DNA of 62,156 nucleotides, filler included, from Dugesia japonica (taxonomy: Eukaryota): the NCBI GenBank assembly GCA_001938525.1. It is 6 parts of 6 records of this genome, joined end to end, with 100 filler letters (N's around TTAATTAATTAA, not from the genome) between each part and the next. Parts side by side here need not be neighbours in the genome. Positions count along the whole stretch, not along the records: positions 43,810 to 53,030 come from MQRL01584434.1; positions 53,131 to 62,156 come from MQRL01560440.1; 4 more parts are not named here. One strand, 5' to 3'. The notes beneath the pieces were generated by a model. That model saw only the letters and a program-made list of their open reading frames with translations, made no database searches and was not told the DNA's origin. Shown here in pieces: positions 48,601 through 62,156 of the stretch (positions within the stretch are counted from its first letter, which is position 1; the number at the start of each line of letters is the position of its first letter). A program made the position numbers and the translations under genes.

Positions 48601-51443
48601 ATNNNNNNNNNNNNNNNNNNNNNNNNNNNNNNNNNNNNNNNNNNNNNNNNNNNNNNNNNNNNNNNNNNNNNNNNNNNNNNNNNNNNNNNNNNNNNNNNNN
48701 NNNNNNNNNNNNNNNNNNNNNNNNNNNNNNNNNNNNNNNNNNNNNNNNNNNNNNNNNNNNNNNNNNNNNNNNNNNNNNNNNNNNNNNNNNNNNNNNNNNN
48801 NNNNNNNAAGAAATTAAAATTATTTTACTACAATCAAATTTTTAATAATTGTAGAAAAAATAAAGTTGTTTGTGTACAGAAAAAATTATAAGAAAAAATA
48901 TACAAGTAGACAATAATTTTTCTAAAAATGTTTTATTAAATTTTGTAAAATTTAAATATTAAAATTTGTATTAATAAAAACTTAATATTAAGAAAAATAT
49001 TTGATTGTTTAAATGAATTAATTGAAATAAAATCAAAATGTTCATAAATAACTGCCAAACACATCCAAGAATATAGCTGAGAATTATTGAACATATATTT
49101 CTACCACCAAAAACTATAGTCCCTAACCAATCAGAAAGCTATTTGATCGATATTGTTTTATATCGTAAACTCTAAATATAACTTGAGTAATTTATTGAGC
49201 ACAGATCCTATAACTGCATATGATAGAACGAAACGAAAATAAAAAATATGATATAATTGTTTTTGTAAATATGGTTTATAGTAGTCTCAGTTCTTAGTAN
49301 ATCTTCTTTTCCCTATGCTCTGCTATTAACCGAAATAATATTCAATACATTAATAACGACATTAAATATGGAAATCAGAAAGATTAACATTACATTTATA
49401 TTTCACATGTAATCCGATGCGATTAGTTTCCTTAAACTTGACCACAATTCATTTTAAATGAAAAAGATTATTTTTGAGTTATAAGTATAATTACGAAATT
49501 ACATAGAAAATAACTATTAAAAAAATCATCCGAAGACAATTTATTTTCAATATCAAAACTATCAATTGTAGATATGTTTTACATAACAAATTTAAGGAAT
49601 AACATTAGACAATAAATTACCATATATATTATTTATCAAAACGTTTAACAGATATAACTCAACAACTAAAATCGATTATATTTAAGAAGAAACACATTGA
49701 ATCCAACGGTGTGCAAGTTTCTTAATTCCACTATGATACCATCCTTTTTCTGTAGACTGAAAACTTTGCCACACTCGATTTCTACGTTTTCAAGATTGAC
49801 AAAGGTTTCAATATATTGGCAAATATATAAAAATCAGATGGTGCCAAATTAGGCGAGTTAGCAGGATGTGAAAGAAGTTCAATGGAATTAAGCTCACGAA
49901 TCTTTTGTTTGGGTATTGATGAAGTAAGCGGTGTTGTATTGTCTTGTTGAAAAAGTACTAGCTTTCGATTGACCAAAGCCGAGTATTTTAACGACAAAGC
50001 AGCATGCAGTCGCTCAAGCTAAGCGGAATAGACTTCAGCATCGATGACCATGTTGTTCAGAAGGAGTTCAAAGGAGATTACACCTTCGTAACTCCACCAA
50101 AACCAGAGCAATGCTTTCATCAAAAATCGATCTTGTTTGGCGATAAATTCAATGGGTTGGTCGGGGTCCAACAATTGATTTCTTTTGTCGGGATTAGTAA
50201 AATACATTCACTTCTCACCATCCGTTGGATTCTGGAGGAATTCACGACAAACCTTGACGCGTCATTCTGCTCAAACCGGTGTCAGTTCATGAAGCATTTT
50301 TAAACAGCGTTTGTTGACCTTCCCAATCTTGTGTAGGTGGCGAGTAATGGTTGATTGTGAAGCCACAAGTTAGTATGATTATCTGCAAGTGCTTGTTTAT
50401 AGATTTTAGTTGATGGCTTTACATAAAGCTTTAGATGTCAACAGTGTTGACCTGNNNNNNNNNNNNNNNNNNNNNNNNNNNNNNNNNNNNNNNNNNNNNN
50501 NNNNNNNNNNNNNNTTTTTCCACAAAAGATTAAAAGCACTTCAATTTTCATATTTTCTATTATTTTTCTAGAAATCATAAAATTTGTTTGTTAATTGCTT
50601 AGAAAAAAATTATTAAAACAAAATATAAAGCATTTCAAGTGCTTTGCATTGATGGATAACGACAAATTATATTCACTGATGAGTTTTATTGAATGAAATA
50701 AAGCAAAATAGTGCACGTGAATTTAAGACTCATATTAATAGAAACATTCTTCTGAGAAATATTATTTATTCAGTTGGTTATTTTATTGGTTAATATTTTT
50801 TTAAAAATTTTATCTTCAATATATAATCTTTGCTGACTTCCTTTTTTAAAAAAAATTAAAAATAAATTTATCGATATTTCAATAACTCCTCATAATAACA
50901 ATTAAAAATTTTGTAAAANGGAAAATGAACTTTTAATTAAATTTAAATTAATGATTCTAAAACTTTATTTAGTCACGGAACAGTTTTAATAAGTTTTAGT
51001 TTTGGTGAAATACAAACATTTAATTTTTCAATAAAATATTAAATTTTTTATATTCATAACTCATTGATAAATTATTTATTTCNTGATTATTTTTTTAAAA
51101 TTTTTTTCAATTAAATACCTGAAATATTTTCATCTAATATTAATACTTTATCCAAGTGATTTAACTGACCAAGAAGCTGAATTGGTAAATTATCAATGTT
51201 GTTTTCCAACAAAGATTCTATAAAAATGATACAACATTTCAGAATATGGATGGATTTATTGTTTGGAAAAAACTTATCACAAAATTTAATCCATAAAATG
51301 AATTCCTAAATAAATTATTTAAANNNNNNNNNNNNNNNNNNNNNNNNNNNNNNNNNNNNNNNNNNNNNNNNNNNNNNNNNNNNNNNNNNNNNNNNNNNNN
51401 NNNNNNNNNNNNNNNNNNNNNNNNNNNNNNNNNNNNNNNNNNN

Positions 51444-51512
<69 letters not shown>

Positions 51513-52101
51513 TACCTGAATTCCAAAGGATTTAGCGTAAGAAAGCAAAAATTTTAAGTTAGTAATACATAATTTTGATAATTTATCATCATGTCCACTT
51601 TCCATTAGATGAAACGCTAATCCATGCAGCTTTCTAAATTCTTTATCACTGACTGGAGAATTATTAATTAATCTATCTGCATTTTTTATTTCTAAAACTC
51701 TTTTGTGATTTTTTAAAATGCATGTTTTTTTGAAGTTTCCGCTGATAGCATAGTAATTAGCAATTTCATTATGACGAGCTTTAAAAATTTCTGAATTCTT
51801 TGTATATCTATTTAAACAGGAATTAAAATAAGTAAACAAAATAATTTTTTAAAAATGAAAACCTTTCCAATGCACATTGATGAATTAAATTGTGATACCA
51901 AGAAAGTGTAATTTTACCATCAATTTGTTTTCTTACTAAATATCCTGTCAAATCTGAGTGAATTCGAGCCCAAAGTAAAGAAGGTAATCGAATTACTCCA
52001 GGAATTGGTGGATCGTGATATTGGTAAACTTCATTTAAAACATCATCTTGTAAACTAAGAAGGTCCTCTATTTCTAATTCACTTAAACCATTATATCCCA
52101 A
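44010..52101 (-). CDS. NACHT and WD-repeat domain protein (NWD1/NWD2-like), internal exons, partial
   Basis: Phase-consistent exons 52101-51863, 51807-51516, 51305-51119, 47728-47612, 47568-47356 and 47307-47131. A probable further exon lies at ~44374-44010, with the linking exon not found. GLSELEIEDLLSLQDDVLNEVYQYHDPP..RLPSLLWARI..WYH and PIQLLGQL match the post-NACHT region of NWD proteins. Confidence 0.8.
44935..45066 (+). pseudogene. Degenerate 28S rRNA fragment
   Basis: ATGAATGGATTAACG, then a deletion, then CAGCCAAAAGAACGAGCTTGG..AGCGGAAAAAGAAGACCCTGTTGAGGTTGACACTAGTCTG..AGAGGTGTAGCATAAGTGG. Matches the conserved eukaryotic LSU with substitutions. Confidence 0.85.
45164..46391. repeat. 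Pair of ~150-bp direct repeats (45164-45316, 46240-46391) ending in a Maverick-like terminal motif
   Basis: Both copies run AATAGATGGTTTTT...GAGGTGATCCAGTACGCTACTATCTACCTAT. Confidence 0.8.
48372..48580. repeat. ~49-bp tandem repeat, about 4 copies, running into a gap
   Basis: Unit approximately TTTAAAACAAAAAATCATTCGCTATATAAATATTTAATTTTACAAAT. Confidence 0.85.
49680..50740 (-). mobile_element. Degenerate mariner transposon in NWD intron
   Basis: KALLWFWWSYEGVISFELL, LFQQDNTTP and HPANSPNLAPSDFYIF (YSPDLAPSD motif). Frameshifted; ends approximate. Confidence 0.85.
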
Positions 52102-52514
52102 CTGAAAAATAATGAATAAAAATTTAATGAATAGAAAATTTCTAAAAGTTTTAATTTCTGAAAAATAAAATTATTATTGGAGCATCATAGTGTTATTATA
52201 TAGAAATTCGAATATTCTCAATGAAAGTTTACAAAAATTCTACTTATTATAATAATCAACAAACTATAAAATCATGTAATATTTGGTAAATTTCATTTTA
52301 ATTTAATTATTCAAATTTTCCTAAAATTAAATTTATNAAAAGTTTTATTATTTGAACAATATTTTGTTATTTTTTGTGGTTTTAGTTTATGGAATTACCA
52401 AGCAATCATAAAAATGAATATATTTTAATATTAAGAATCTATAAGACAAATTAGAAAAGATACTTAATATCTTAATATCGGTAAAAATTAGTCTAGGCCG
52501 AAGTAATAATAATA

Positions 52515-52882
52515 TATTAGGCGTGCAATTAGAAACTGGATACTGCAGTTGGTTCCATTAAAAAACAAACTTTAACGCATTCAATTCGCTGGCCATTTTG
52601 ATTATATGTAGCTTAGTCATTGTTGTTTTTTTTACAAAAGTTTCAGTCATTTAAACGCGGTAATTAGGTGTATATAAATTTTATAAAAGGTGGGTCCTCA
52701 ATAAACAACAGCTACACCATTGCATTCTATTCTGTTTTCATGCGAATAAAAATGCTTCTCGATGTATCGAATTGTTTAATTCGATTTTGGGTGAAGATTC
52801 TGTGAGTCATCCAACAGTAAAAAAGTGGTTGGCAAGATTTCCTGATAGAAACTTTAGTCTTGAGGACGATTCAAATACAGGT
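52515..52882 (+). mobile_element. 5' fragment of a mariner transposon
   Basis: TATTAGGCGTGCAATTAG TIR-like start. LHHCILFCF..GEDSVSHPTVKKWLARFPDRNFSLED is the N-terminal HTH. Confidence 0.8.
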
Positions 52883-53030
52883 GCAGTAAGAAATCCTAGC
52901 TATTTATCACACATTTATCATGTTTTCATGTATATTATATATATATATATATATATAATTCATTTAATATAAAAGCTTAGATCAAAATTTTGGTTTTATT
53001 AATTGATATTGGATAAAAATTCGATATTTC

Positions 53031-53130
53031 NNNNNNNNNNNNNNNNNNNNNNNNNNNNNNNNNNNNNNNNNNNNTTAATTAATTAANNNNNNNNNNNNNN
53101 NNNNNNNNNNNNNNNNNNNNNNNNNNNNNN
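53031..53130. other. Artificial scaffold-joining spacer
   Basis: N run + TTAATTAATTAA (53075-53086) + N run. Confidence 0.95.
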
Positions 53131-53962
53131 TGGTTTGCTCCTTTCTCATAATTAGTTCATTATACCAAATATCTATTGCAAATACAGACGATTGTGTTTG
53201 TTTGTTTGCCCAGTTTTGTGGTTAACAATGAAATATTTATGAGACTATTTGACCATCATCTTCTTGTTTGTACGACGACAGAAAAATGTTTGATAGTTAT
53301 TCTTCAGTCCTAGAAAATAGGATAAATCTTTGTACTTTTAATCAGCATGCATTTCTAGCCTAGAAGGTTTCTAACATAATTTAAATGTAGACAGTTTGCG
53401 ATTCTGAATCGGATGGTACCAAATTCGAAACCTCACGAACTTTTAACCAATCAAATTCAAAATCAAAAAATGTTTCTACTGAAATGTGTTGACTAATCAA
53501 ATTGCAAGTTTCATATCCCTTTGTAGGCGTAGAGTGGTGAGAAGGGGCAGATGAGGGGTAACACAATGATGATTTACCATTTGCGGTGAAAAGGGAGCAT
53601 TTTTCGATATTAGTCCTTTAGACAATGTATAGACAGTTTTCAATTCTGAGTCGAATGTCACCAAATAAACCCTAAAAATCATACACACATGCACAGGAAG
53701 AGAAGAAAGAACTTCCTGCAATCTGATTGGTGCATTACTAAACCAAAAAATTCCATTTCTTGGGCGGGGGGATGTGGTCAATTGCGCACGTATGTAGCTG
53801 TTCACTTTCCGACAGCGCTACAAATCAATCCATTATTCAAATTACAGCGCTTATTAATATATAATCAAATATTTTAATTAAATTAAACAAATATGAACTC
53901 AAACTGTTTGAAGAACAAAAACTAATCGGTTGCATAAAAAACAAAAGCTAAATAGTTATTAC

Positions 53963-54773
53963 TGAAATCGTTGTCGATTTGTTGAGGGTCTGGAGTGAAT
54001 TGCGAAGAATCTACAGCATTTGGAATTACAAACACTTTACGTGATTTTTCCCCACTTAAATTAGCTCTAATAACCGTGTTCTCTTTGCTAGTATGAGAAA
54101 CACAAATAACCCGGTCGGTATCGACCATTGTCCATTGTAACAGCTTATTCATGATAATAGATGATAAATCTGCAAATCCGAACAACGAATGATCTGTAAA
54201 TATAGTTTTCAGTTTTAATGTTTTTGCATGCATTATTCCTTCGTGTGCCAGTGCAGAAAAAGCCTTAATTTCACTCAATTAATTTACTAAATTGATTCAA
54301 AAATTTACTGAATGACTATGAACTATTTCAATGTTCTCGCGAATTAAAATGTCTCTGATGATTGGTAAAGTCAAAAAAAGAGTAGGTAATGTGCACTGTT
54401 GATAAATAGGACGTAAAGGAATATAGTATACCTGAAAATTGTATTTTAAAAAGAACTTGTAAACAGAGTTATTTTGAAATAAATTTAAAGAAACACTTAA
54501 AACTTAATTAATAAAAATTACACTAACTTTCAAATAATTTTTTAAATATCGTACACCCTGACGACAAAACCCTTCATTTTCTCCGTATGCATGCGTAATA
54601 ACAATTACTTTATGTCCTAATTTTATTAAACATTGCGACAATTCAAAAATGTGACCTTCCACTCCACCTACATTTGGATAAAAGAAATCTGAAATCATTC
54701 TACAAAAATTAGGTTATTTTCAAAAAAGAAAATTACTAATAAATTACGCTATTCGAAAATTTAAATTTTTCAT
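53963..54773 (-). CDS. PIGA: Phosphatidylinositol N-acetylglucosaminyltransferase subunit A (PIG-A), first four exons, 3'-partial
   Basis: Exons 54773-54748 (ATG), 54699-54528, 54431-54309 and 54263-53963. Motifs [52 protein letters not shown] and VIPNAVD. Confidence 0.95.
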
Positions 54774-56477
54774 TTTTATTTTAAATTTGATTTAAATAGA
54801 GATGGTTATTTTAAACAAAGGTCTGTTTATCATTAACATAATTTTATTAGTACTACAAATTTGTATTTTATCCAAGTATTCATAATAAAATTATAAGAAA
54901 AAATGTATTAATTTTATTGTGATAACGAAAATACTTCAAAAAAATAATTTAAATTTCATTACATTTTACTATGTAAATTTTTGAAATACATAAATAAAAA
55001 TTATTGAAACTAATAATTAAAAATAATTATAAAGTTCATCATATAGGAAATCAAAATGAGTAAACTATAAAGTTTGATTAAATTCTATTTATTAAAAATT
55101 TCTATTGGTAAAATTGTATTAATGATTTGTTCCTTTATGTATTTAAGCAGAAGGAATACAATCGGAATTAATAAATTACTTGTCAAAACATTATATGCTT
55201 GAAAATTGAAACAGCATATATGTTATCAGCCGATTGTTATGTTGGGAGAAAGCCTCATTCATAATCGAAATATCATCACAAAATGGTCGCCGATCTTTAG
55301 TATAGTATAATTAAAATTATTAAGTAAGCACTATAATTCTTGTGGAATGAAGGTCAGATAAATGAAAATTATTGCTAGTAAAGGTATTTTTATTATTGAT
55401 TTTAAATAAATAATATAATAAATAATATATAAACTAAAAGAACTCGTTAATTTTTTTTAAAAATGTATTAAATATCAAAATATATAAAAAATTAAGCAAA
55501 AATACAAAATATTGATTATCAAATGAATAATATATATTTTAGTGTCAATTTTCCTGAGCAAAATTTTTATTTAAATATTTAAATTTAGTGAAAGAAATAG
55601 CAGTAATATTTGATAACCTCAATTTCCCAAGTATTCTAGCGGTTGGTCTAATTAACTTTTCACCACCTATAGATATAAGATTAAAAATTTAAGGAAAACA
55701 AATGATTTTTAATTATCATTTAATTTTATCTCTACAAATGCAGTAGTAACAATTGAAAAATAGACAGATAAAGATAAAATNAAATATTAAATTAAAATTA
55801 ACATTTTAGGGTTNTTCGAAATTTCTAAATAATTAATAATGCTGTTATGAGTTAATTGAGCACTATTGTTAATTTAGTTTTATTTAAATTATATCGTGTA
55901 GAAGAGAATTTGTAGGCCACAAGAGAGTCTCCAAAATAAGTGTCTCTGTAGGGGACACTTGTGGTGAATATTGTGTAAAATTAAGTGATAATAAATTTTA
56001 TTTAATAATATTTTATACTTTTTAAAATAATTTACAACAGAATAAATAAAATCAAATGTTTAACAAAACCAATTTTTTAAACAAATTTTATTCCAAAACA
56101 ATAATTGAAAGTTACTTAATATTTCCGTGGCGAATAATATTCCTGCTTTATTTGATTCGGAGGGGAATTCTTTAGTGGACTTAGTTTGATTTGGAAGGAA
56201 AAGATTTTAAGCTGTTAATCTTCAATTATTCTTTGACTGATTTAGTTTTATTTCTAATTTGAAAATTAATTTGATTTTGAAGGGAAATATTCGAATTCAA
56301 TATTCAGGAGTATCTTTAATTCTTCTTTAACCGATTTAATTCTTCAAACGTTGCCAAATTTTTTTAATTCTCTTTAAATTGAAAATTTGGCGGTTCCCAA
56401 GAATATAAAAATTTTTTAATAGCGTTGNNNNNNNNNNNNNNNNNNNNNNNNNNNNNNNNNNNNNNNNNNNNNNNNNN

Positions 56478-57946
56478 GTGGGTTGATTTCTTATATGATT
56501 AAATCTAGGGGGGTCGAACTTTATATAAAATTTACGTCTAGGGTAATTGACCTGGTAAAACCCCGCGATGAATTGGAATCTGGTGTCCCCCAAAAAATCC
56601 AGATCTTCGAAATGAAGCCGTTGACTCGTAACTCGAATACAGACTCGCACCTCTTTGTTTCGGGTTCTTTTTACATGATACTCGCCTAATTTGCTAAGCA
56701 AAATTAGCCTTTTCAATTAACCACCTAATATTTTCCGCTTTGTGGAGTGTTCCTTAATTCGGCCACTCTATATTTGATTATAATTTTAATGGCTATATTA
56801 TCAATTCAGAAAAATAAAAGAATTTATTAGGGAAAAATATATTATATGCTTTAAATTTCACTTGGGGTATAATAACCTAACAATAAATATTGCTAACAAA
56901 ACTAACATGATCTGGATCCCGATGCATAACATCCATTCCATTTGTGTCCAATAGTGACTCCCGAGGTCCTCCGTAATAATAAATCATAGCAATCCAGTCG
57001 GAAATCGTTGCATCATCAATCGAATCGCATAAATAATCACCTTTTGTGTTAATTTCGTTTTAATTTCCGTATTTACTTGATAAAAAGTGCATATTTTTGT
57101 GAAAATTACACAGGTATTTATACCGGTTTCTCTTCACACCCGCATTCTTTTCATTGGTTATTTGAAATCGTACGATTTTCCCTACGTTTCCATTGGCTTG
57201 AACGTCACGTGAGTTCTTTTTATTGGTGGTTATTTTAAGATTCCAAAATTATTGGTCAATCTTCAAACCCTTATAACTTTTTTCTGAATCTTTTTATGAT
57301 TTTGTAACTGATATTTTTTAATTCCCCGATTTTTTCGGGACCATAACCTTCTTATTTGCTGATTTTTCCACCATGGGAAGTTGCCTTTTTTTCCTTATTT
57401 CACAAAATATTTAATTTTCTTTTAAAATTAAATTTTTTTAATTTGTTCGATTTATTTTATTTAAATAAANNNNNNNNNNNNNNNNNNNNNNNNNNNNNNN
57501 NNNNNNNNNNNNNNNNNNNNNNNNNNNNNNNNNNNNNNNNNNNNNNNNNNNNNNNNNNNNNNNNNNNNNNNNNNNNNNNNNNNNNNNNNNNNNNNNNNNN
57601 NNNNNNNNNNNNNNNNNNNNNNNNNNNNNNNNNNNNNNNNNNNNNNNACTTTCTTTCTTTTATTTAATGAATTATTTTCTTCCGTTATTTTCCCTTTTTT
57701 TGTTCTCTCAGTCCGTTTTTTGCTCTTCCAACATTTCTTTTCTTCTTTCGTAACTCACTAGGTTACGGATCATTTCCCATATTTAGTTCCTTTATTTCGG
57801 TTTTTTCTTCAATTATTCCTTTTAGTAACTGGTCTAACTCCTTCTTTTGTCTGTGTTCTTCGTTTTCTTTCTTGTGACATCTTTTCAAATTTCAGGTGTA
57901 CATAATCGCTGGTTTATATTCCATTCTCAAGTGTTTCACCCCAACA
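56478..57946 (-). repeat. Second long copy of the TG..CA promoter-bearing repeat family
   Basis: Homologous to 7990-9040. Four ATTGG boxes at ~57154-57255 and TATAAATA (minus) at 57115-57122. Terminus TGTTGGGGTGAAAC (minus) at 57946. Confidence 0.65.
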
Positions 57947-58299
57947 ATAGTTTTACGGCATTGTGTGATCAATACTAATTGTAATTATCCACAATTTGAT
58001 ATTTTAATTTGTTCTCAATAATTTTTATAATAATAGTAAAACACACAGGCATATACATACACTCACGTGTGTATGTATAAACTCCAAAATTTAAATTTTC
58101 TATTTAAAAAATGAAGAAATAGAAACAGGTATGGGACAGATAACATAACAAATACTAAAAATAATTTAGCAATAACCATAATAAATACAGTTCTAAGAAC
58201 TAAACTTTTTATTGTAAAAACTTTGAAGTTTTATTAAAAATATTTACAAAAATGAAAAATGATTTACTTTAAAAAATTAATAGTTTCAATAAATTAAAA

Positions 58300-58950
58300 T
58301 GCTTAGATCAAAATTTTGTGTTTTTGTTTAGCTGTTAGTAATTCGAATTTTCGATAATTTTCTTCTTCGTCGATTTATTTTTTGATTTATTCAAAATTTA
58401 TTTATTTAAATTGAAAAAGTTTGGAATTTAATTTTATTGAATTTTAATTGGCTAATTAATTTTAATTATTATAAATTATATTGATTATAGATTTATCTTC
58501 TTTAATGAGTAATTCTTTAATAAGTTTATTCTGTGAGGTGTAGATATATAGTGTGTTCTTAGTATTTTCATTGTTAAATGATGTTTTGGTGAAATTTAAT
58601 ATTTGTTTTGAAAGTATTTGAAGACTTTGCTTTCTTTTGCATCAGTGGTTCTTTAATTCTTGTTTGAATGGTTCTGCATGTTTCACCTATATATATGTTT
58701 CTTTACATATAATGTTTATTTTTTTATAAGTGACATTTTTCTTATTGCATTTATTTTTATCATCACAAAAGCATTATCGTGATTTCTGTAATTAGACACC
58801 CAAAGATGCTTGCGTTTTGAATATAATTCTTAAATTGTGGTTGAATTTATATTTTTATTATATTTTGCATGATTTGGCTACATTTATCATTGATAAAAGG
58901 TAAATTTAATTACTGTTTGTTTTTTGTGATTATTTGAACATATGTATGTT
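58300..58950 (-). mobile_element. Highly decayed Penelope-like GIY-YIG fragment with degenerate hammerhead motif
   Basis: NVTYK..ICKETY/IGETCRTIQTRIKE and ELLIKEDKSIIN. Downstream (C)GACGAAG..TCGAAAATTCGAATTA at ~58339-58373. Confidence 0.6.
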
Positions 58951-59839
58951 TTTTATATTTTTCAATGAAATCATTTACAATATCAATGACATTTTTAGGT
59001 CATTCAATATGAATTGATCTAAGTAGATTTGTTACATTCAATGAACCAAATACAGCTTAACTCTTCCAGTCATAATTTTTAATTCTTTCGAAAAACTCGT
59101 AAATATTCTTAAAATGATTAGGAATTGAANNNNNNNNNNNNNNNNNNNNNNNNNNNNNNNNNNTGCAAAATAAATGACTTCTTTTGATGAAAAATCAAAG
59201 TTTATTGTTCCAATATATTTTTCAAACTTATATAAATTCATCAAAGCATTTGCATAGTAATTCATGGCTCAATGCCTATCCAGATAATTTATTTATGTGG
59301 ATATGCAAGAACTCAGAGACTACAGGTGTTTATTGAAAAACGTTTTACCTCTCTTATATCTCCTTCAAAAGTTGTGTACATATCATTGTATATAAGTAAT
59401 TCAATCGGTTTTAAACGTGTCATAAAGTGTCAAGGAATTCTAGGGATTCCAGCCTATTCGGTGCTATTGAATTTTCTTGGAATGGTTGAAAAAAGTCAAC
59501 TAACAGAAAAATCCAATTTAAGATAGACCATCATCAAGTTCAATAACTTCTTGCATCCAGTAATTTTCCAAATTTTGATTGCATTTTGATGATTCTTCAC
59601 TGACTTCTTTCCACTTTTGAGATCTGCTTGTTATCTGCTCAAGTACTTCTAAACTCGTTGCTAATTTATTGTAAAATTCCTTCTTGTTATCTTTAAATTC
59701 GTTATAAATGGAGTTATTTTTATCAATGTAACAGCCGCATCTAATGACAAATTAATGAACTGGTATGGTTCTATGAATTTGATCGTTTTTTCAACTGATG
59801 TACAATGAGGCGAAGGAACGCTGTGTTTTATGTTAGAAT

Positions 59840-60690
59840 GCATGAGATATGTTATTCCAATGCATTATTTATCAACAGACTTTGTGAAGTAAATTAGCAA
59901 ATTTGGAAAATGCAATGACTGATGTTGTAAGAACTGTAAATTATATCAAAACATGTAGTTTTAATCACTATCAGTTCCAAATATTTTTAACTGAACTCGA
60001 AGCAAAATACATCGACGTAATGCATAACTTTGAAGTACGCTAGATGAGTAGAAAGAGGGTACTGAAACATTATTTTGACCTTCGAGAAGAAATTTACATG
60101 TTCTTGATGCATAAAGGTTATTCATTATTAAAGTTATCACATTCAGAATGGCTAACAAACTTAGCGTTTTCTGTGGACATCAATGCAAATTCAAACACGT
60201 TAAATAGTAAGGTGCAAGGTAAAGATTTTGTCATAATTGAAGCCTTTGATTTAATTTGTGCATTCATAATAAAAAATACAATTGTAGTCTTCTCAGCTTG
60301 TAAAAGGATGTTGAGATCATTTTAAACACTTGAATAAATTTAAAATGTCTGTTCAAACATTTCATAGTATTACTTTTGAATCATTGAAAACAAAATATTC
60401 AATGAAAGTCTAGTGGATACTTGAGGCATTTCAAAAGAGATTATTAGATTTTCGAAAAAAAGAAACTCACTTGCAATCAGTTCAGAAATTGCTTCTGTGA
60501 TATTGCAAATGAAACTAATTGATTTGTGGTTTAATGCAATGTTCAAAACTAAATTTCAAAGCACAAAACTCAAAGCATTTTATCAAGAACTTCCTAATGA
60601 TATATTTCCTTTATTAAGAAGCATGCTGCTTTTGTTTCAGCTATTTTTGGCAGCACTTACTAATGGAAGTAAGCATTTTCGAAAATGANN
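59840..60690 (+). mobile_element. hAT (Buster/GTF2IRD2-like) transposase pseudogene
   Basis: DVVRTVNYIKTCSFNHYQFQIFL..EVR*MSRKRVLKHYFDLREEI, WLTNLAFSVDI and FGSTY..AFSKM. Confidence 0.85.
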
Positions 60691-62156
60691 NNNNNNNNNN
60701 NNNNNNNNNNNNNNNNNNNNNNNNNNNNNNNNNNNNNNNNNNNNNNNNNNNNNNNNNNNNNNNNNNNNNNNNNNNNAAACTGCCAATTTTGTCGGTTGTA
60801 TACTGTTCTTACATTTTACATCTATCAATAAAAATATATCATTTTAAAATTGATGTTTAACTAAATTTCATAATAAATTTCTATTAGCTGCTCATGAATT
60901 TGAGTTAAATATTTGAAAAAACTTCTGATTATTACAGAATTACTAGCAATAATGAACTAATAATGGTTATTTTAAATTCAAGAAATTTTTTCTTTAGCCC
61001 GTGAAGTGNNNNNNNNNNNNNNNNNNNNNNNNNNNNNNNNNNNNNNNNNNNNNNNNNNNNNNNNNNNNNNNNNNNNNNNNNNNNNAATTATTTAATTATT
61101 ACTATTGTAAAATTAATAAAGAAGACAACAATTGAATTTGACCGAATCTATTATTTCAATCAGATCTCAAATGCAATCAATAGTTAAGTCCAACAATTAT
61201 TCTCGCAATAATTCTTGAAATTGTAAAATATTATAAATACAATTGAGTTAATTTTAATTTAGATAAATTATCCAATTAAATTCTAAAATCATTTCTATTT
61301 CTTTTAATAACATACATGAATCGAAAATTGAATCCCTGAAGACTATTGTCAAAAAATGTGGAACTCTAACAAGAAAATCTTTTTGATCTCAGCCTTTTAA
61401 TTCACTGAAACTTTAAAAATTCGATCGATGGTTAAGTTTAACAGTTATTCTAGTAATAATTTTTGTAATTGTAAAATTATTGTATTTATATTATTTATTT
61501 TTATTAACGTCGACTATTTTTAATAACCAGTTTCAATTACATCTAATTTGATTTGACATAATTTTAGTAAATCGATCTAAATTGATCCAGTTATGTCAAA
61601 CTAGCGGCCTGGAGATTTTAANNNNNNNNNNNNNNNNNNNNNNNNNNNNNNNNNNNNNNNNNNNNNNNNNNNNNNNNNNNNNNNNNNNNNNNNNNNNNNN
61701 NNNNNNNNNNNNNNNNNNNNNNNNNNNNNNNNNNNNNNNNNNNNNNNNNNNNNNNNNNNNNNNNNNNNNNNTGTTGCTACATAAATCAATTGAACTCATT
61801 AAAAAAGATGTATTAACGTCGAAAACGAATTTGATATAAACAAATTTCTATCATCAAATTTTTAAAATTTTCGCTTGAAAATTTCCAAAGAAAACAAATT
61901 TTTTAAAGTTTATTTAAGCCAATAAATAAATAAAAATTATATAAAATATTAATATTTCTAATATAAGCAGTAATTTTAATTTAATTAATTACTTATTTTG
62001 ATTTAAATAATTGATTAATATGAAATTTTTAGAAATTGTTGAATTAATAGAACTATTATATTTAAGTTTTAAATCAAATTTTTTGAAATAATCTCACAGT
62101 ATGATAACATTATATAATTTATGATATGAAAACATAATATCATAAAGAAATAATTA

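Noticed and set aside
53340-53830. ORFs and ~40-bp direct repeats downstream of PIGA exon 4
   Set aside because: No PIG-A similarity; probably a non-coding DNA-transposon remnant, family unassignable.
55916-55965. Small imperfect hairpin CCACAAG..CTTGTGG
   Set aside because: Short, single copy in the window, no TSD or other support.
56336-56716. 126-aa minus-strand ORF in the conserved repeat block
   Set aside because: It spans an N gap, and the homologous copies at 8010-8190, 5130-5290 and 24960-25145 differ by indels, so conservation appears nucleotide-level.
59030-59800. Possible decayed LINE C-terminal region on the minus strand
   Set aside because: Too many stops and frameshifts, and no diagnostic motif.

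Overview
AT-rich eukaryotic draft DNA with many short GT-AG introns. It is probably planarian/flatworm, which is an inference from composition and gene architecture only. The window is not one locus: five identical 100-nt artificial spacers (44 N + TTAATTAATTAA + 44 N) join six unrelated scaffolds. Host genes, all partial, are the 3' end of talin, an SHB/SHF-like adaptor, an NWD1/NWD2-like NACHT-WD40 gene and the 5' end of PIGA. Most of the rest is decayed mobile DNA: mariner x4, Helitron, Penelope-like x2 with hammerhead-ribozyme motifs, a REL-type non-LTR element, a deleted Gypsy element, a Buster-type hAT and a Polinton penton relic. The most interesting structure is a 9.7-kb element (11005-20728) with Maverick/Polinton-type AGTAG..CTACT TIRs and a perfect 6-bp TSD but no recognisable pPolB or integrase. 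It encloses two inverted promoter-like repeats, and between them lie four tandem splice-acceptor/short-ORF/AATAAA cassettes that all share the same intron phase. This suggests a virus-like alternative-last-exon expression unit for orphan proteins. A 78-bp near-perfect hairpin with the same type of termini and its own 6-bp TSD (41380-41457) looks like a minimal mobile Maverick derivative.
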